Source of the DNA: Andalucia godoyi And28
Taxonomy: Eukaryota > Protista > Jakobida
Assembly (NCBI GenBank): GCA_009859145.1
Contig: VRVR01000056.1
Location: 114,381-178,380, forward strand
Direction: 5' to 3'
Length of the DNA: 64,000 nucleotides
Below, piece by piece: positions 19,003 through 32,366 of this stretch (positions are counted from its first letter, which is position 1; each line of letters begins with the position of its first letter). The notes beneath the pieces are model-generated. The model saw only the letters and a list, made by a program, of their open reading frames with translations. It made no database searches and had not been told where the DNA came from. Made by a program: the position numbers and the translations under genes.

Positions 19003-20658
19003 TTACTCTAAGATAAGGGAGGTGTTGAACCGGCAGAGGTTGTAGGCATCTGGAGAGAACGTCTCGAGAGCACAAAACAGATTCTTGCGTCCATTGAGAT
19101 AGTAGCTGTCTCGGCGGTTGCTCCAAGCAATGGCGGTTGGGAGATCGTGTTGCAGCTGGTTTCGCAGATTGAGCAACGACGCAGTGCTCAGGTCCGACAG
19201 ACCATACGCAGACTGGGCATCGTACAGTTTGAACCACTGAGGCTTTCGAAGAGCGTTGGAGGCCTCGAGCAGCAGGAACCAGCTTTCGACGTTCAGCATG
19301 CGGAATGTCTGTCGATCATATGTAAACATGCGAAACGTGGGGTTGTTGAGATAAACCGGAGACACCGCAGGGGCAAGGAGCGCAGATCCAAACGGACCGA
19401 AGCCGGTAGTCGTGTTGTACATCAGTCTGAAGTCGTCGACGTGGTAGTGGCCAAAGTGCTGCGAAGCCACTGTTGCCTGGGCCTCCACGGACTCCAGCAT
19501 CTTTAGATAGAACGACACGTACGACGCATTCCACATGAAGCCACCATCGTAGGCTTCAACGCCAGGCGGAATGTGGCCTGTGATCAGAACGCGGTCTCCT
19601 GCGCTGTATGCGCTCTTGATTTCATTCAATATGAACGTGTCCTGTCCACACGGAACATCCATTCCGAGATTCGTCTCACTGCGCAGCATTTCGCCTGAGG
19701 CGTCCTTGAACCACCTTTCAAGCAAGCGCCGCTGCACCTGCCGCTCCAGAGCAAGGGCATCTTCATCGCATCCAGTGGATACTTGGAACTGCGAGAAAAA
19801 GAGTGTATTGAGCCCAAGAACGCGTACCCCCGGGCGAGGGCTTATACTGTAGTATGCCCCGGTGAGAAAGGTTGCCTTTGCAGACTGTGGCAGCCAGCGC
19901 TCAAACACGCTCCACAGATCCGCCAGCCACGGATTCGGCCCACAGGAGAGGCAGTAGTCTGGAACCACATCATTGTTTCCAAGGACCGGAATCATCATCG
20001 TGTTGGGAAAGTACTCTGAGATCAGGTTCACGGCTGCCTTGATGATCTGCAGAGTGATCGACGCATTCGGTAGATGATGCGCGCTAAAGTCTCCAGTCCT
20101 ATATGCACACCACATCCATAAATTAGTAAATCAATAAATAATTATTAGATATAAAGATTAAAAATTAAATTAAATTAAAAAAAGAAGCAACCGCAGCACG
20201 ATGAAACCATTCCACGAACAGGTGAAGAAGAGAAGGACATACAAGAGGATGAAGTCCGGGTTTGGGAAAAGCAGTTTCATTTGCGCGAGGGTTGCGTCCA
20301 GCAGCTGCAGTGGTGCATCGCAGCCAAACCGGCCGTATGGATTGACCGTTTGCGCCGCCATACAGACGGTGCTGCCGGAAGTCGGTCTGCAGTAGGACGT
20401 CGAGTCGCAGGCGGGATCGTACAACGGGTCGATGTGCATGTCCGACAGCTGGAGGTAGTACCCTGCGTCCACCGAATCCGACGGCGACTGCGAAGGCGAA
20501 GCGCGTTTCTTTGCAGTCAGCGTCAGCGACAGAACGATGACCGCAACTGCTGTAATAACAAGGGTTGCAAGAGCCACACATGTCCACTTGCGTTTCTTTG
20601 TCCATGTACTTGTCGTCGACCCAGCATGCTGAGACGGCAGCAGCAGTTCAGAGGACAT
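19003..20658 (-). CDS. Acid sphingomyelinase-like phosphodiesterase (SMPDL3-like), type II membrane, 2 exons (20658-20243, 20098-19003)
   Basis: LSDMHIDP, YGRFGCDAP, FILL|TGDFSAH, LGNNDV, GHIPPG, FGHYHVDDF, NNPTFR. Intron 20242-20099 (GTATGT...ATAG) restores the frame. Confidence 0.9.
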
Positions 20659-20966
20659 TCTCGCGCCCTCCTACAGCAAATATCATGCACTCCAGTTGGT
20701 GTTCAGGAGTGGATTATGAAGCACGACTTCGGGAGCGAAACCCCGACTGCCGAGCTCTTTGGACTGGCAGAAAGGACTTTGTTCTTCGCGATCGGGGTGC
20801 GGAGCTGAAATGACCCGACAATGACCCGACGCAGCAGCGGAATTTCCCCGACTTGCCCTCCCCTCCCGATGCAAGGTTTTTGCTTTCGTCAGGCGGTTCA
20901 TCACGTATGCACTTTCTCCTTTTGGTCAGAAAGGGGGAGTTTGGGTCTGGCGTGTCTGGAGAGTTG

Positions 20967-22662
20967 ATGAAGCGCTTCGCAACGATGGCCACGAAGCATT
21001 TTGACGTTTGCGTGATTGGGGGTGGTGCTGGGATGAAGATCTATAATGAGGCTTCAGAACGCAGCCTCAAAGTAGCTCTCTGTGAAATGGAGCGGTTCGG
21101 TACGTCTCTCTCATTCTTGCCCCCCCTTTCCTTCTTCTTCTTCTTCTTCTTCTTCTTCTTCTTCTTCTTCTTTTCTTTTCGCTCTGCTTCCTCTGCGGCG
21201 TTTTTTTTCGTTCTGCCATGAGAGAAAAGAAAGGACGTATGAAGAAGCGCGTGCTTTTGGAATGTGTATATTTACCTCCTTTTTTTGATGCGTCCGTACG
21301 AACGAACGAACGGACTGTTATTGTATGTGCATGTATGAAGGCGGAACTTGCTTGAATCGCGGATGCATTCCGTCAAAGTGCCTTATACACCCTGCGGATC
21401 TGGTGACGCAGATCCAGGAGGACGCTGCGAAGCTGTCGATTACGGTTCCGGGTTCTGTGTCCGTGGATTTTCCAGGCCTTGTCGACCGAGTAGCCAGGCT
21501 GATTGATGCCGATGCAGACTCGATTGCTCCCGATGTCCTTGCCGACGAGAACGTGACGTGGTTCCGCAACCCTGTCAAGTTTGTGGGCGAGCGTGTGCTC
21601 TCGGATGGCGAAACGACGTTTTCTGCAGACAAGGTGTTCATTGCGGCTGGCGCGCGAGCATCCATCCCGGATGTTCCCGGACTTGCAGGAACGCCGTTTA
21701 TGACGTATCGCGAAGCACTCCGCAACAAAGCGCTGCCTAAGAAGCTCTTGGTCGTCGGTGCTGGTTACATTGCAATGGAGCTTGCGCACTGGATGGGGTC
21801 TATGGGTTCCGATGTAACTGTGATTGCGCGGTCCGAACACGTCCTCCGCGCATCCGACCAGGAATGCGTCCGAGAGTTCCTGCGCGTGTTCTCCAAACGA
21901 TACGACGTGCGATTGAACTGCGGCGAATGGAAATCGTGCGCATTTGACGAAGCCACGCACGAGTTTACGCTCAAGTTTGCGCACGGACTGGAAATCAAGG
22001 GCGATGGGCTGCTGGTCGCCACCGGGGTTGTGCCGAACTCGGATTTGCTGGATCTCAAAGCTTCGGGAATCGCAACGCGGCATGGGGGATTTGTGAAAGT
22101 AGACGACCGGTTGCAAACAACGTGCAAGAATGTCTGGGCGTTTGGCGATGTTGCAGGAAACTTCCTGTTTCGCCATTCTGCCAACTTTGAGTCAGACTAC
22201 TTGAATGACGTTGTGTTTGAGCGTGGCGGAGATCCTGCGAGCGCAGAGCCGATTGACTATACTGGCATGCCGCATGCCGTGTTTTCATATCCGCAAGTCG
22301 CCGGCGTTGGAGAGACCGAGGAGGAGCTCGTAAAACGCGGCGCCAACTACGTGTCTGGAGTGAATCCGTATGCAAAGTCGGCCATGGGCATGGCGCTCAT
22401 CAGCGATCATGGATTCACAAAGATTCTTGTGGACGCCGACTCCCGACGGATCCTTGGGTTCCACGCCGTCGGTCACGAAGCATCCACGCTCGTGCACAAC
22501 GTCATCCCGCTCTTCCGACTGGGCGGAAAGCTCGAGGACTTGCTGTACTGCGTCTACATTCATCCTGCGCTGAATGAGCTCGTCCGGAACGCCGCACGAA
22601 GAGCCAGGAATGCCCTCGTCCAGAAAGGCCATAAGATCCCGTACCTCCTGTCCATCAAGTAG
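20967..22662 (+). CDS. Class I pyridine nucleotide-disulfide oxidoreductase, mycothione reductase-like / prokaryotic E3-like, 2 exons (to 21099; 21341-22662)
   Basis: VIGGGAG, FG|GTCLNRGCIPSK (redox CxxxxC), VVGAGYIA, AFGDVAG, HPALNE. Intron 21100-21340 (GTACGT...GAAG). Start could be 20967 or 20985. Confidence 0.85.
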
Positions 22663-23193
22663 CAAATCAAAAAAGACAACTACAAATAGACAACTACAGT
22701 ATCAGTTGATCAATCCAGCAACATACCAAAATACCTCATGAGATTATCAGGGAGAATAATGAAATAATGAAATTTCTCAGACATGGAAATCTAGAATCCC
22801 ACAGCTGACGTACTCGATGCTATGCCTATAAAAAGGTAAACGATGGCCGTGTCACTGGAGCATCATGTTCACACCACTCGACATCAAGTCCCTGTCTCGT
22901 TTCCGGATTGGGGTCTGGTGGCTTCCCAGACCGAATCTCTACGTACGGAAGTATAAATACGTCCGAACGTACGTCTCTGCGACTGGTTTCAGTATTTTTT
23001 TTCTTCCCTTTCTTCTTTTTCCTTCTCCACATAATCCAAACAAAAGCAAAAGAGCAAAAACAAGAAACCACAAGTCCAATCTTCTCTCTCTTTTTTTCCC
23101 CTCCCCCATTTTTATTGTCCTCAGTGCTGACGTCTTCCATTGTTGCGAACTAATCTATATAGTACTTTTTTTGTATTGCCCACCTACAACAGA

Positions 23194-23619
23194 ATGCCGC
23201 GCCCCGAAGTCTTTGATATCCCCATTCCTCGCTCTGCGAATGTGCCGCCCGTTGCGCAGCGCTTGGCCTCTGCTACGTCGCCGCAGCGCGACTCTGAGTT
23301 CTACGAAGAGCGGTTTGAGCGCGCGCTGAACAACCGAGCATCCAGGCTCTCGCGCATCTCGCAGCGCAACCAGTCGCACATTACGCATGCAAAGGAAATT
23401 GCCGGGCGCGTAAACAATCTCCGAGACGAGGAACACAAGAGCTACGAGCAGGATCTCAAGGACAAATTGGATCGAGCGGACGAGCGCCGCTCTGAGCTGC
23501 TGAACCAGAAGAGCACACATGCACATGAGCAGGTTGCTCGGGTTAAGAGGATTGCGAAGGAAGTCCGTCAGAAGCGAGCATCGGGTTCTCCGGAAGAACG
23601 CATCGACCCCGTGATGTAA
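23194..23619 (+). CDS. Small charged helical protein, stathmin-like / TCP11 N-terminal-repeat-like
   Basis: 141 aa from MPRPEVFDIP; RFERALNNRASRL and LKDKLDRADERRSELL repeats. A likely upstream intron (GTACGG...CAACAG) ends 1 nt before the ATG. Confidence 0.55.
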   Translation: MPRPEVFDIPIPRSANVPPVAQRLASATSPQRDSEFYEERFERALNNRASRLSRISQRNQSHITHAKEIAGRVNNLRDEEHKSYEQDLKDKLDRADERRSELLNQKSTHAHEQVARVKRIAKEVRQKRASGSPEERIDPVM

Positions 23620-23906
23620 TCTCGGATAAGTGTATCGGTATGTGTGATCTGCTTGCACTCTGATGTATTCTGTGCTCTTGTAGTATTCGTTCTTGTCTTT
23701 TCAGTAGTACCAAAAAAAAAATAATAATAATAAAAGAGAGAGAGTAAGCATTAATAAACGAATAATAAACGAATAAACAAATTAAATAAAAGAGAGAAAA
23801 AAGAAGACCAACGTAGCTTGCTTCACTCACTGACTCATTCACTCACTCAGTCTCTCGCTGGATGGGCTGACTGGCTAGCTTGCTTACATATACGCGTACA
23901 TCCACA

Positions 23907-23959
23907 CATCCAAACATCCAAACATCCAAACATCCAAACATCCAAACATCCAAACATCC
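23907..23959. repeat. (CATCCAAA)n 8-bp tandem array
   Basis: Six full copies plus a partial, between convergent genes. Confidence 0.9.
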
Positions 23960-24033
23960 GTCCGTCCTGGAAAACACCACCGCACCTTCCAAAACACCAC
24001 AATGCAAAGAGAATCCGGCAGCAATGCGCGAGT

Positions 24034-25470
24034 CTACTGGTGTGCAGAGGCTGGCCGGCGCTGCTTCGGAGGCGATCGCACATAAATACGAGACGGCTCC
24101 TTGAGTCCAAACTGAGCAGGCGGAAGGGCGCGGTGGCATTCATTGCAGGAGTATAGCCGCTCGACCTCGATAACCTCCACGGGCTGTCCCTCGATCTCAT
24201 CTCGAAGGCGTTCGTTCCCGAGTCTTTCCATCTTTGCACGGACCTGGTCATCCAAATCATGGCGCAGAACATCCTGCATCTCCTTTCGCGGCGCTACAGT
24301 CTTCTGCTGTTCCTCCATCTTTTGAATCGAAAACGTCTTGAGCAGACCCATGTCTTCCTTTCCGGGGATGGCATCCTTTCGCGGAGTAACCATCTGTTCG
24401 TCAAGCTCGCGAGCATACTGCGACTTTTCTCGTGACGAACGGTCTCGCTGTGCAGACAGCGACTGCAGGTACGCCTCGCGTTCTCGCGAAATGCGGATCG
24501 CGTCTTCTTCACGCTCATTCTGCCGCTGCAACGACGCCTCACGTCTCTGCCGCTCACTCTGCTCCTTGAGCTCCTGTGCATACTGTTGCCTCCTATCCCG
24601 CGCACTCTGCGCACCCTGGCCCTGCGCATCCCCTGCACGTCCCGGCGTCCCCAACGAACTGCTCGACCCACCCAGCCCGAATTCACGAAGTCGGTCTTCA
24701 GCAGCTCTTCGCGAAATCTCCTCGGCAACTCTCGCCGAGCGTTCCTCACGCGCACTCAGCTTCCTCGCAATGGCGTCCGGCACACGCGGCGACTGGATCG
24801 CAAGTGATGTCCTTCCATCTCCATAGACGTCATCTCCCCCGTGCTTGTTCTTCTTCTGTCCAGTCCCCTTGATCTGTTCTTCGAGCTCGGCAGCATACGC
24901 ACGCTGACGACTGCGACGATCTGCCTGTCCACTTGCGTTTCCAGAACCAATGGTAAGACTCGTGTTGGTATCCTCATTGTCGATCGCACCCGCACGCTGC
25001 GACTGGTGATGTCTGCGCGCTTTCTGATCGGACCACGTCTTCTGCAGCTCGGCATTCGCAGCTCTCTGCTCTTCACGCTTTCGCATCTGTTCTCGCAATG
25101 TCTGCTCCTGCGACCGCAGCAGATCCTGGCGTTCGCGTTCGCGTTCTGTCTCCTTCTCGTGCAGTTCTCGCTCCCTACGAGCGTGTGCATCGTGAATGTT
25201 GGACAACGTGACTTCCGCCGCCTTATTCACTGCAGACTGACGACACATCCGCGCCTGATCGCGCTCGCGGTTCTGGCGATCCACCATTGCGTTATCAATT
25301 GCACGGTCTGCATTGCGATCCGCAGACGCTCGGCTTGCCTTGTCGCGCACTAAATGATCATTGACGCAGATGTTGCACGTCAACGGTGTCGGAAGAACCT
25401 GCGTCTTGTGCTCCACTACAACTCGAGGCACCGCAACTCCAAGCGACGAAAGAATATCAAAATCGGACAT
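24034..25470 (-). CDS. Coiled-coil protein with repeated YxxELxxQ motifs (ciliary microtubule-inner-protein-like)
   Basis: RAYAAELEEQIK, QQYAQELKEQSE, SQYARELDEQM, LRHDLDDQVR; E/R/Q-rich. Start MSDFDIL at 25470. Confidence 0.6.
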   Translation of the reverse strand: MSDFDILSSLGVAVPRVVVEHKTQVLPTPLTCNICVNDHLVRDKASRASADRNADRAIDNAMVDRQNRERDQARMCRQSAVNKAAEVTLSNIHDAHARRERELHEKETERERERQDLLRSQEQTLREQMRKREEQRAANAELQKTWSDQKARRHHQSQRAGAIDNEDTNTSLTIGSGNASGQADRRSRQRAYAAELEEQIKGTGQKKNKHGGDDVYGDGRTSLAIQSPRVPDAIARKLSAREERSARVAEEISRRAAEDRLREFGLGGSSSSLGTPGRAGDAQGQGAQSARDRRQQYAQELKEQSERQRREASLQRQNEREEDAIRISREREAYLQSLSAQRDRSSREKSQYARELDEQMVTPRKDAIPGKEDMGLLKTFSIQKMEEQQKTVAPRKEMQDVLRHDLDDQVRAKMERLGNERLRDEIEGQPVEVIEVERLYSCNECHRALPPAQFGLKEPSRIYVRSPPKQRRPASAHQ

Positions 25471-26043
25471 TCCAAGCTCCAAAACCACCAACAGCGACCG
25501 TGATGGAAGTCTCAAAAATATTTAAAAAACAATTAAAATATTGATCTGTTGAATAATTTTGAAAAATACATATTCTGATCGTCATACCGACATTGAGAGC
25601 GTTTGGAGGACGGATGATGAGTGAGCTGCTGTGCATTCGGCCCGGCGCAAAAAGCCCCAAATAAAATCACAATGCAAAACAAAAGAAAAACCTCAAGGTC
25701 CAACTGCTCTCATCGGGATATTTGGCCGTAATTGGTAATTTAAACTTCCGACAATTCACGCCTGCATGCGGCGCTGCTTTCCCTTTCTGCCAGCTCCTTT
25801 CGCACCACCATGCGGGACGTGTCGAACTTTTCGGAAGCAGAATGCAGTCATGCTCCCTCACATACCGAATTTTTTTTTTGTTGCAGACTTATGATGCATG
25901 TCCGTCGTCAGGTTGCGGCGGAAATGCCATGCGTCTTGCGTGAAACGGCTTGATTTTTTAAAAAATTTAATTAGTCTTTTTTGAATTATTTATTGACGAG
26001 TTGCATTTTTTTTTTTTCCTTTTCTTTTTCGTTCATTGATTCA

Positions 26044-27432
<1,389 letters not shown>

Positions 27433-27936
27433 TTAAATAACAATAATCACCAACATTAATTATAAAAACAACCAGAATGGGAAAAAAAAAATCAAATACA
27501 AATCCCACAAGTACGAAAACAAAAGACACCAAAAGGTCTTTGCGTGTGTGTGTGAGAGATAGCCTTTGAGAAAACCCCGACAATGCGCGAATGCAAGGCT
27601 GGTTGAAATGTGTCGACACGACTGGGCTCAACTACGATCGGCGAGGAGGGAGCACGGTGGAGTACGGCGGGCTGCATCCGTTGGCTGCAACTTGCTGTCT
27701 AGTGGAAGACGAATGGGAGCGGGGCCGCGTTTGGTGGGGTTCCAGGGTTCAAGCAATCGAGGGTTCATGCAACTATTCAAGTCGACAAGCTCTTCTCGCA
27801 GCATCGTCGGCTGCCCCCCCCTCAAAAGAAGAAGGAGGGGAAAGTAGCCCCCCAAAAATAATCAGACTCTGGAGTAGCATATCGGTATGTTTCGTCCGTA
27901 TTAATCAGCTTCCGGTGTTGCATATGCTTAAAAAAA

Positions 27937-30900
27937 ATGTATCGCGTACTGTCGTTACTGGTAGTGGTATCTGTTATTCTGTTGGTTGCGAGGTGCAGCG
28001 TGGCTGTCGCGAGAAGGAGCGATGATGGTCTGTGGGTTCGTCGCAGCACCACTTCCGCCATAACCTCCGATGGCGGTGCAGAGGCACAGTCCATGCTGAA
28101 TGTCGAAGCGCTCTTGATGAAAAAGTACAAATCCTCGAAGCGCATATCCAAGGCATTTGACAAGCTTGTTTCTTCTGCATTCTCGGACCACTCTGCATCA
28201 ATCGCAATGCACTTCTCCTCCTCCTTCTCCTCCTCCTCCTCCTCTTCTTCTTCTTCTTCTACTACTACTGCAAGTACTGCTGCTTCCCAAGGAGGACAGA
28301 CGCATGCACAAAAAAATTTAAAGCTGCAGTTCCTTGTGAAAAGCACTCGGGGAACAGATGCCGAGTGGTTCAGCGCCATTCGCCAAACGATAGCCGGTGA
28401 CCATGTCTCCGCGAAGAACGCACATGTTGAATACTTTCCAAACGACGCCGCACTCGTGTTCTGTGATGTGTCGGCTGCCAAACGGCTGATGCAACTGGAT
28501 GATGTGAGCTTTGTCGTTCCCGTCGCGGCTGAATGGAAGACGCTGTCACAGGTCCCGCTCGCGGACCAGCTGCTGCTTGATTACGAGCCGGGCGATCCCA
28601 ACCGATTGGAAATGATGATGACGATGGTGCAGTCCACTGAGCACGGAGGCGCCGCAGAGATCGAACGCGTGCCTGCATCGTTGAGGCGGGCATTAGAGGC
28701 TACCGTGCACATCGCAGTCGTGGTAACGCGGGATGAGGACGACAATGAAGATGCAGGGCTGCGAATGTATGCTCAGGCGATTGCATCTGCCATTCACTCT
28801 GCGGGCTACGAGGAGGTTTCCTTGGTGGATGTTGTGTGGAGCTCGCATGAGGTTGTGCTTTCTGTTCAAAAGTCAAAGCTCATTGAAGTGTCGGCCTTGC
28901 TGCTGCGAAGCAATCGCGTGATGGCAGTATTTGAAAAACCAAGATCGCGCGTAATGAACTCGACAGGCAACAAGATCGTAACGACAGGGTCGCCGACATC
29001 ACCGACGAATCCATACGCGGGACTGTTGGATGGCACGGGTGAGATCATCCACATTGCAGACTCCGGCTTGGACTTCTACCATTGTTTCTTCCACGACACT
29101 GTGAGTCCAAAGACGTCGAAAACCATGGTTATGACGGCAGAAGCCGAGCGCGCTGCCCGCCGGAAGGTGGTTGCGTATTGGCAGTTCATGGACGGAGCTT
29201 GGAGCTGGGCGGATCACGGAACACATGTTGCGGGTACTGCTGCAGGCGCAGCCGCAAACAGCATCTTGTCTCTCGAGAATGGACTGGCTTCCGGGGCCAA
29301 AATTGCCTTTACGGACATTGGCTGCCAGACAGCAGGTGGGTGTACGTGTGGTCAGACATCGTCGGGATCGGTCCTACCGTGTGATTGCGGCAGCGGGAAG
29401 TGCGCGGAAAGCGACAGCTCAGTGTACGTTCCAACATCTCTCGACACAGCGCTGTTCCCGTACGGGCTGGCGAACGACGCATTCATATCCAGTAATTCTT
29501 GGGGTGGCGGATCGTCGTACGGAAGCTCGTCTCGGCAGATCGACAGTGCTGCGTATCAAAACTCCTCGTTGGTGATCCTGTTTGCAGCTGGAAACGCCGG
29601 CGACGGACAGACAGTGTCGCAGCAAGGAGAAGCCAAGAACGCCATCACGGTTGGGGCGTCAATGACGGGCCGCGACGACATGATCGACATTGTGCAGAAC
29701 AAGGTGGATCCGAGCCACGATGGTGGCTTCGCATATGCCACGCAGATTCTGAACTGTGCTCCTTCGGACGTAGCGACTCGAGACGACTGTGCGTACTTTA
29801 TGAATGAGAACTTTGATGCTTGTTCCACGAGCGGGTACTGCAGCGCGGGATCCTCGTCGGGCATCTCGGGGTGCGGCTGCATCCCATGCGTTGGATCGAA
29901 CTGCTACTTGATCGGCCGTTCATACTGCGCGTCTTGCGTGGTGGTGAGCTATCAAAACACGCCCGAAACGAACCTTTCTCCATGGTCACTCGCGATTTTC
30001 TCTTCCACAGGTCCAGCCACAGACGGCCGCATCAAGCCGGATGTTGTCGCGCCGGGTTATCTGATTGCATCGTCGCGCGCATACCCAGGCTCTCTCGCGT
30101 CGTCAGCGGATGTTTGCGGAACGTCTGGGAGGTATGCGTCATTTTCCACTCCAAAACCTCATCTTTTTGCCACTCAAGGTGTATGTATCTTCTTCTTCTT
30201 CTTCTTCTTCTTCTTCTTCTTCTCCGTTTTTGTTTCACCACCCTCCCCGCCCCATTTCTGTACCTTTGCACTGACTGACTCATAATGTTTTGTTCATCTT
30301 CTCGCCGTCTTCTACTGCTACTTCTTCTTCTGGTTTTAATTAATCTTGATTGGCGATTCGTAGACGTCAATGAGCACACCGCTTGTTGCAGGGTACGCTA
30401 CGCTGGTGCGCCAGTACGTTCGAACGTACTATCCGAACGCCGCAGGCACCACGGCCGGTGCCACTCCCATTTCCTCTCCACCATCCTCTCTGATCAAAGC
30501 CCTCATTATTCAATCCGCAACGCCGCTGAATGGGATATACTGTGCCGGAAGCAAAGGCAACAACTGCAACAATCCGCAGTCATTGAACTATGGCCGTCCA
30601 TATCAGCAGGGATTTGGCCGCGTCGATCTCCGGACCATCATTCCGTTGCCAACAGGATCCGAATTCGGTACCACTCGCATCCTTGCATATGAAGACGGCG
30701 CGAACGGCGTTCTGGCCACCTCGGGCGCCACAGCATCGTTCAGCGTGAATGTGACTGCTGGCCAGTGCTTGCGCGTCACCCTCGTATGGACCGACGCGGT
30801 CGCCAGCTCATCGGCAGCTGTGCAGCTCGTCAACGACCTGGATTTGATTGTCTCTGGCGACGACGGGTCCACAATCTACGGAAACGAGCAGTACTTCAAA

Positions 30901-31191
30901 ACCGTTGACCGAACCAACAATGTCGAAAAAGTCATGATTCCCTCCATTCCGCCTCCTCCGTCCTCACCATCACCATCCTCGTCGGCGACATACTCCATCA
31001 AGGTGTCCGCGTACCGCGTGACGACCCCACAGGGATTCTCGCTCGTTGCATCCACAATGCCATCGACGCTCTGTGTCGAAGTCTCGGCTGCCGACGCCGA
31101 GGGCCCAAATTCCGCATCGCCCTCCGCGACCCTTGTCTTCACCACCACCCTGTCTATCCTGGCTATTCTCAATCTCTTTTTTATCCTGTAA
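27937..31191 (+). CDS. Subtilisin S8 protease of the KP-43/TagA-C type, signal peptide, C-terminal hydrophobic (GPI-like) tail, 2 exons (27937-30180, 30364-31191)
   Basis: HIADSGLD (Asp), DHGTHVAGT (His), FAAGN, GRIKPDVVAPG, QG|TSMSTP (Ser, restored by intron 30181-30363 GTATGT...GTAG), QGFGRV, LRVTLVWTD...LVNDLDL...NNVEKV. Confidence 0.92.
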
Positions 31192-31283
31192 TGCTGTCAT
31201 GCAGAAAGTCTATTACTTTTTGTAAACAGAAAAGACGACAGTCGGCTTTCTAGTTCTTGCTGTTCTTCGTCCCTCGGACGCAG

Positions 31284-32366
31284 CTAGTACCAAATTGTAC
31301 GCGTTCGATGGTGTGGATGGATAGTGTGCCCGCTGAGGACCATTCGTTCGCCCCGCTGCCACAGCGCCCAATCGATCTGCACTGCACATACATCGTCACG
31401 ATGATGGTGCCCGTCACGAGGAACATCCTCGTGCACACACGTCCGTAGTTTCTCCTTGATGAGCTCGACGCAGTGGACGGTGGCTGCTCGAATGGCCGTC
31501 TCATCGCAGGATCCCGGATCCAGCTCGGTGTGTTGCATGATGCGCGTCTCCAAATCCTCTGCGTATCGCAACACACCCGCATCATGCAGCACTTGCGGCA
31601 CACGATAGTCTGCGAACATGGTCAAGTTGTGGATATCTGCAAACGACGCGATCCCCGTTCCTCGAAGCGCACCCCACACATCCGCCACAAAAATCTGCGC
31701 CCGCTTGTAGAAGTACACTGGAAACGCGTTCCCATTCTCACTGCCTGCTGTGCACAGCACTGTGTGATCTTGGAACGCTGGAAATCGGGTCGCGACCAGA
31801 TGAACGAGCCGCACGGCCGAGTTTTCGCACTGAGAAAGCAAGTCCATCATCGAGCCACGGAACTCGCAGAGGACGATCTCAAAGTTCTGCCGGATGAACG
31901 CGGCCCGCAGCTCGAGATTCATCGACTGCTCATCCACTCTCGCGGCCACACTCCCTTCGGCAGCGGATGTAAACCACTCGCGGATGGTGTGCGCCGTGGT
32001 CTGGGTCGCGAGGAACTCGGGAGTGAAGCGCTCGGGATGCGCCTCCAGGGCACGCCGCAGGCCAAGGGACAGGTGGTGGTACTCGAGCCCCGCGCACGGC
32101 CAAAAGCAAAAGTTGAGCGAGTCGAGAATGAACAGATACGTCAGCAGCCGCTCGGGATGCTCCGTGCTGTCATAGTGCACCTGGTCCGCATTCCACTCCA
32201 CCGTCACCGACCGTAGTCCATCCCCCGCCGGTTTCAAACTGTCGTAGAGCGTTGCGGAAAGCTCCTTTGCAAAGTCCGCCAACCGGTCCTCGTCCACCCA
32301 CACACGACGCCCCGCAGCTCTCGACGCTTTTGCACAGCTCTGTCGAACCAGCTCGCACGGATCCAT
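31284..32366 (-). CDS. QNG1: Queuosine salvage protein / queuosine 5'-phosphate N-glycosylase (DUF2419)
   Basis: YLFILDSLNFCFW, FYKRAQIFVADVW, LTMFADYRVPQVL, EIRA-like AIRAA, DWALW, HHRTRTIWY. Confidence 0.92.
   Translation of the reverse strand: MDPCELVRQSCAKASRAAGRRVWVDEDRLADFAKELSATLYDSLKPAGDGLRSVTVEWNADQVHYDSTEHPERLLTYLFILDSLNFCFWPCAGLEYHHLSLGLRRALEAHPERFTPEFLATQTTAHTIREWFTSAAEGSVAARVDEQSMNLELRAAFIRQNFEIVLCEFRGSMMDLLSQCENSAVRLVHLVATRFPAFQDHTVLCTAGSENGNAFPVYFYKRAQIFVADVWGALRGTGIASFADIHNLTMFADYRVPQVLHDAGVLRYAEDLETRIMQHTELDPGSCDETAIRAATVHCVELIKEKLRTCVHEDVPRDGHHHRDDVCAVQIDWALWQRGERMVLSGHTIHPHHRTRTIWY

Noticed and set aside
23907-23959. Tandem 8-mer arrays (also 36423 and 37975) as CRISPR-like arrays
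   Set aside because: No unique spacers, units are too short, and there are no cas genes; these are simple tandem repeats.
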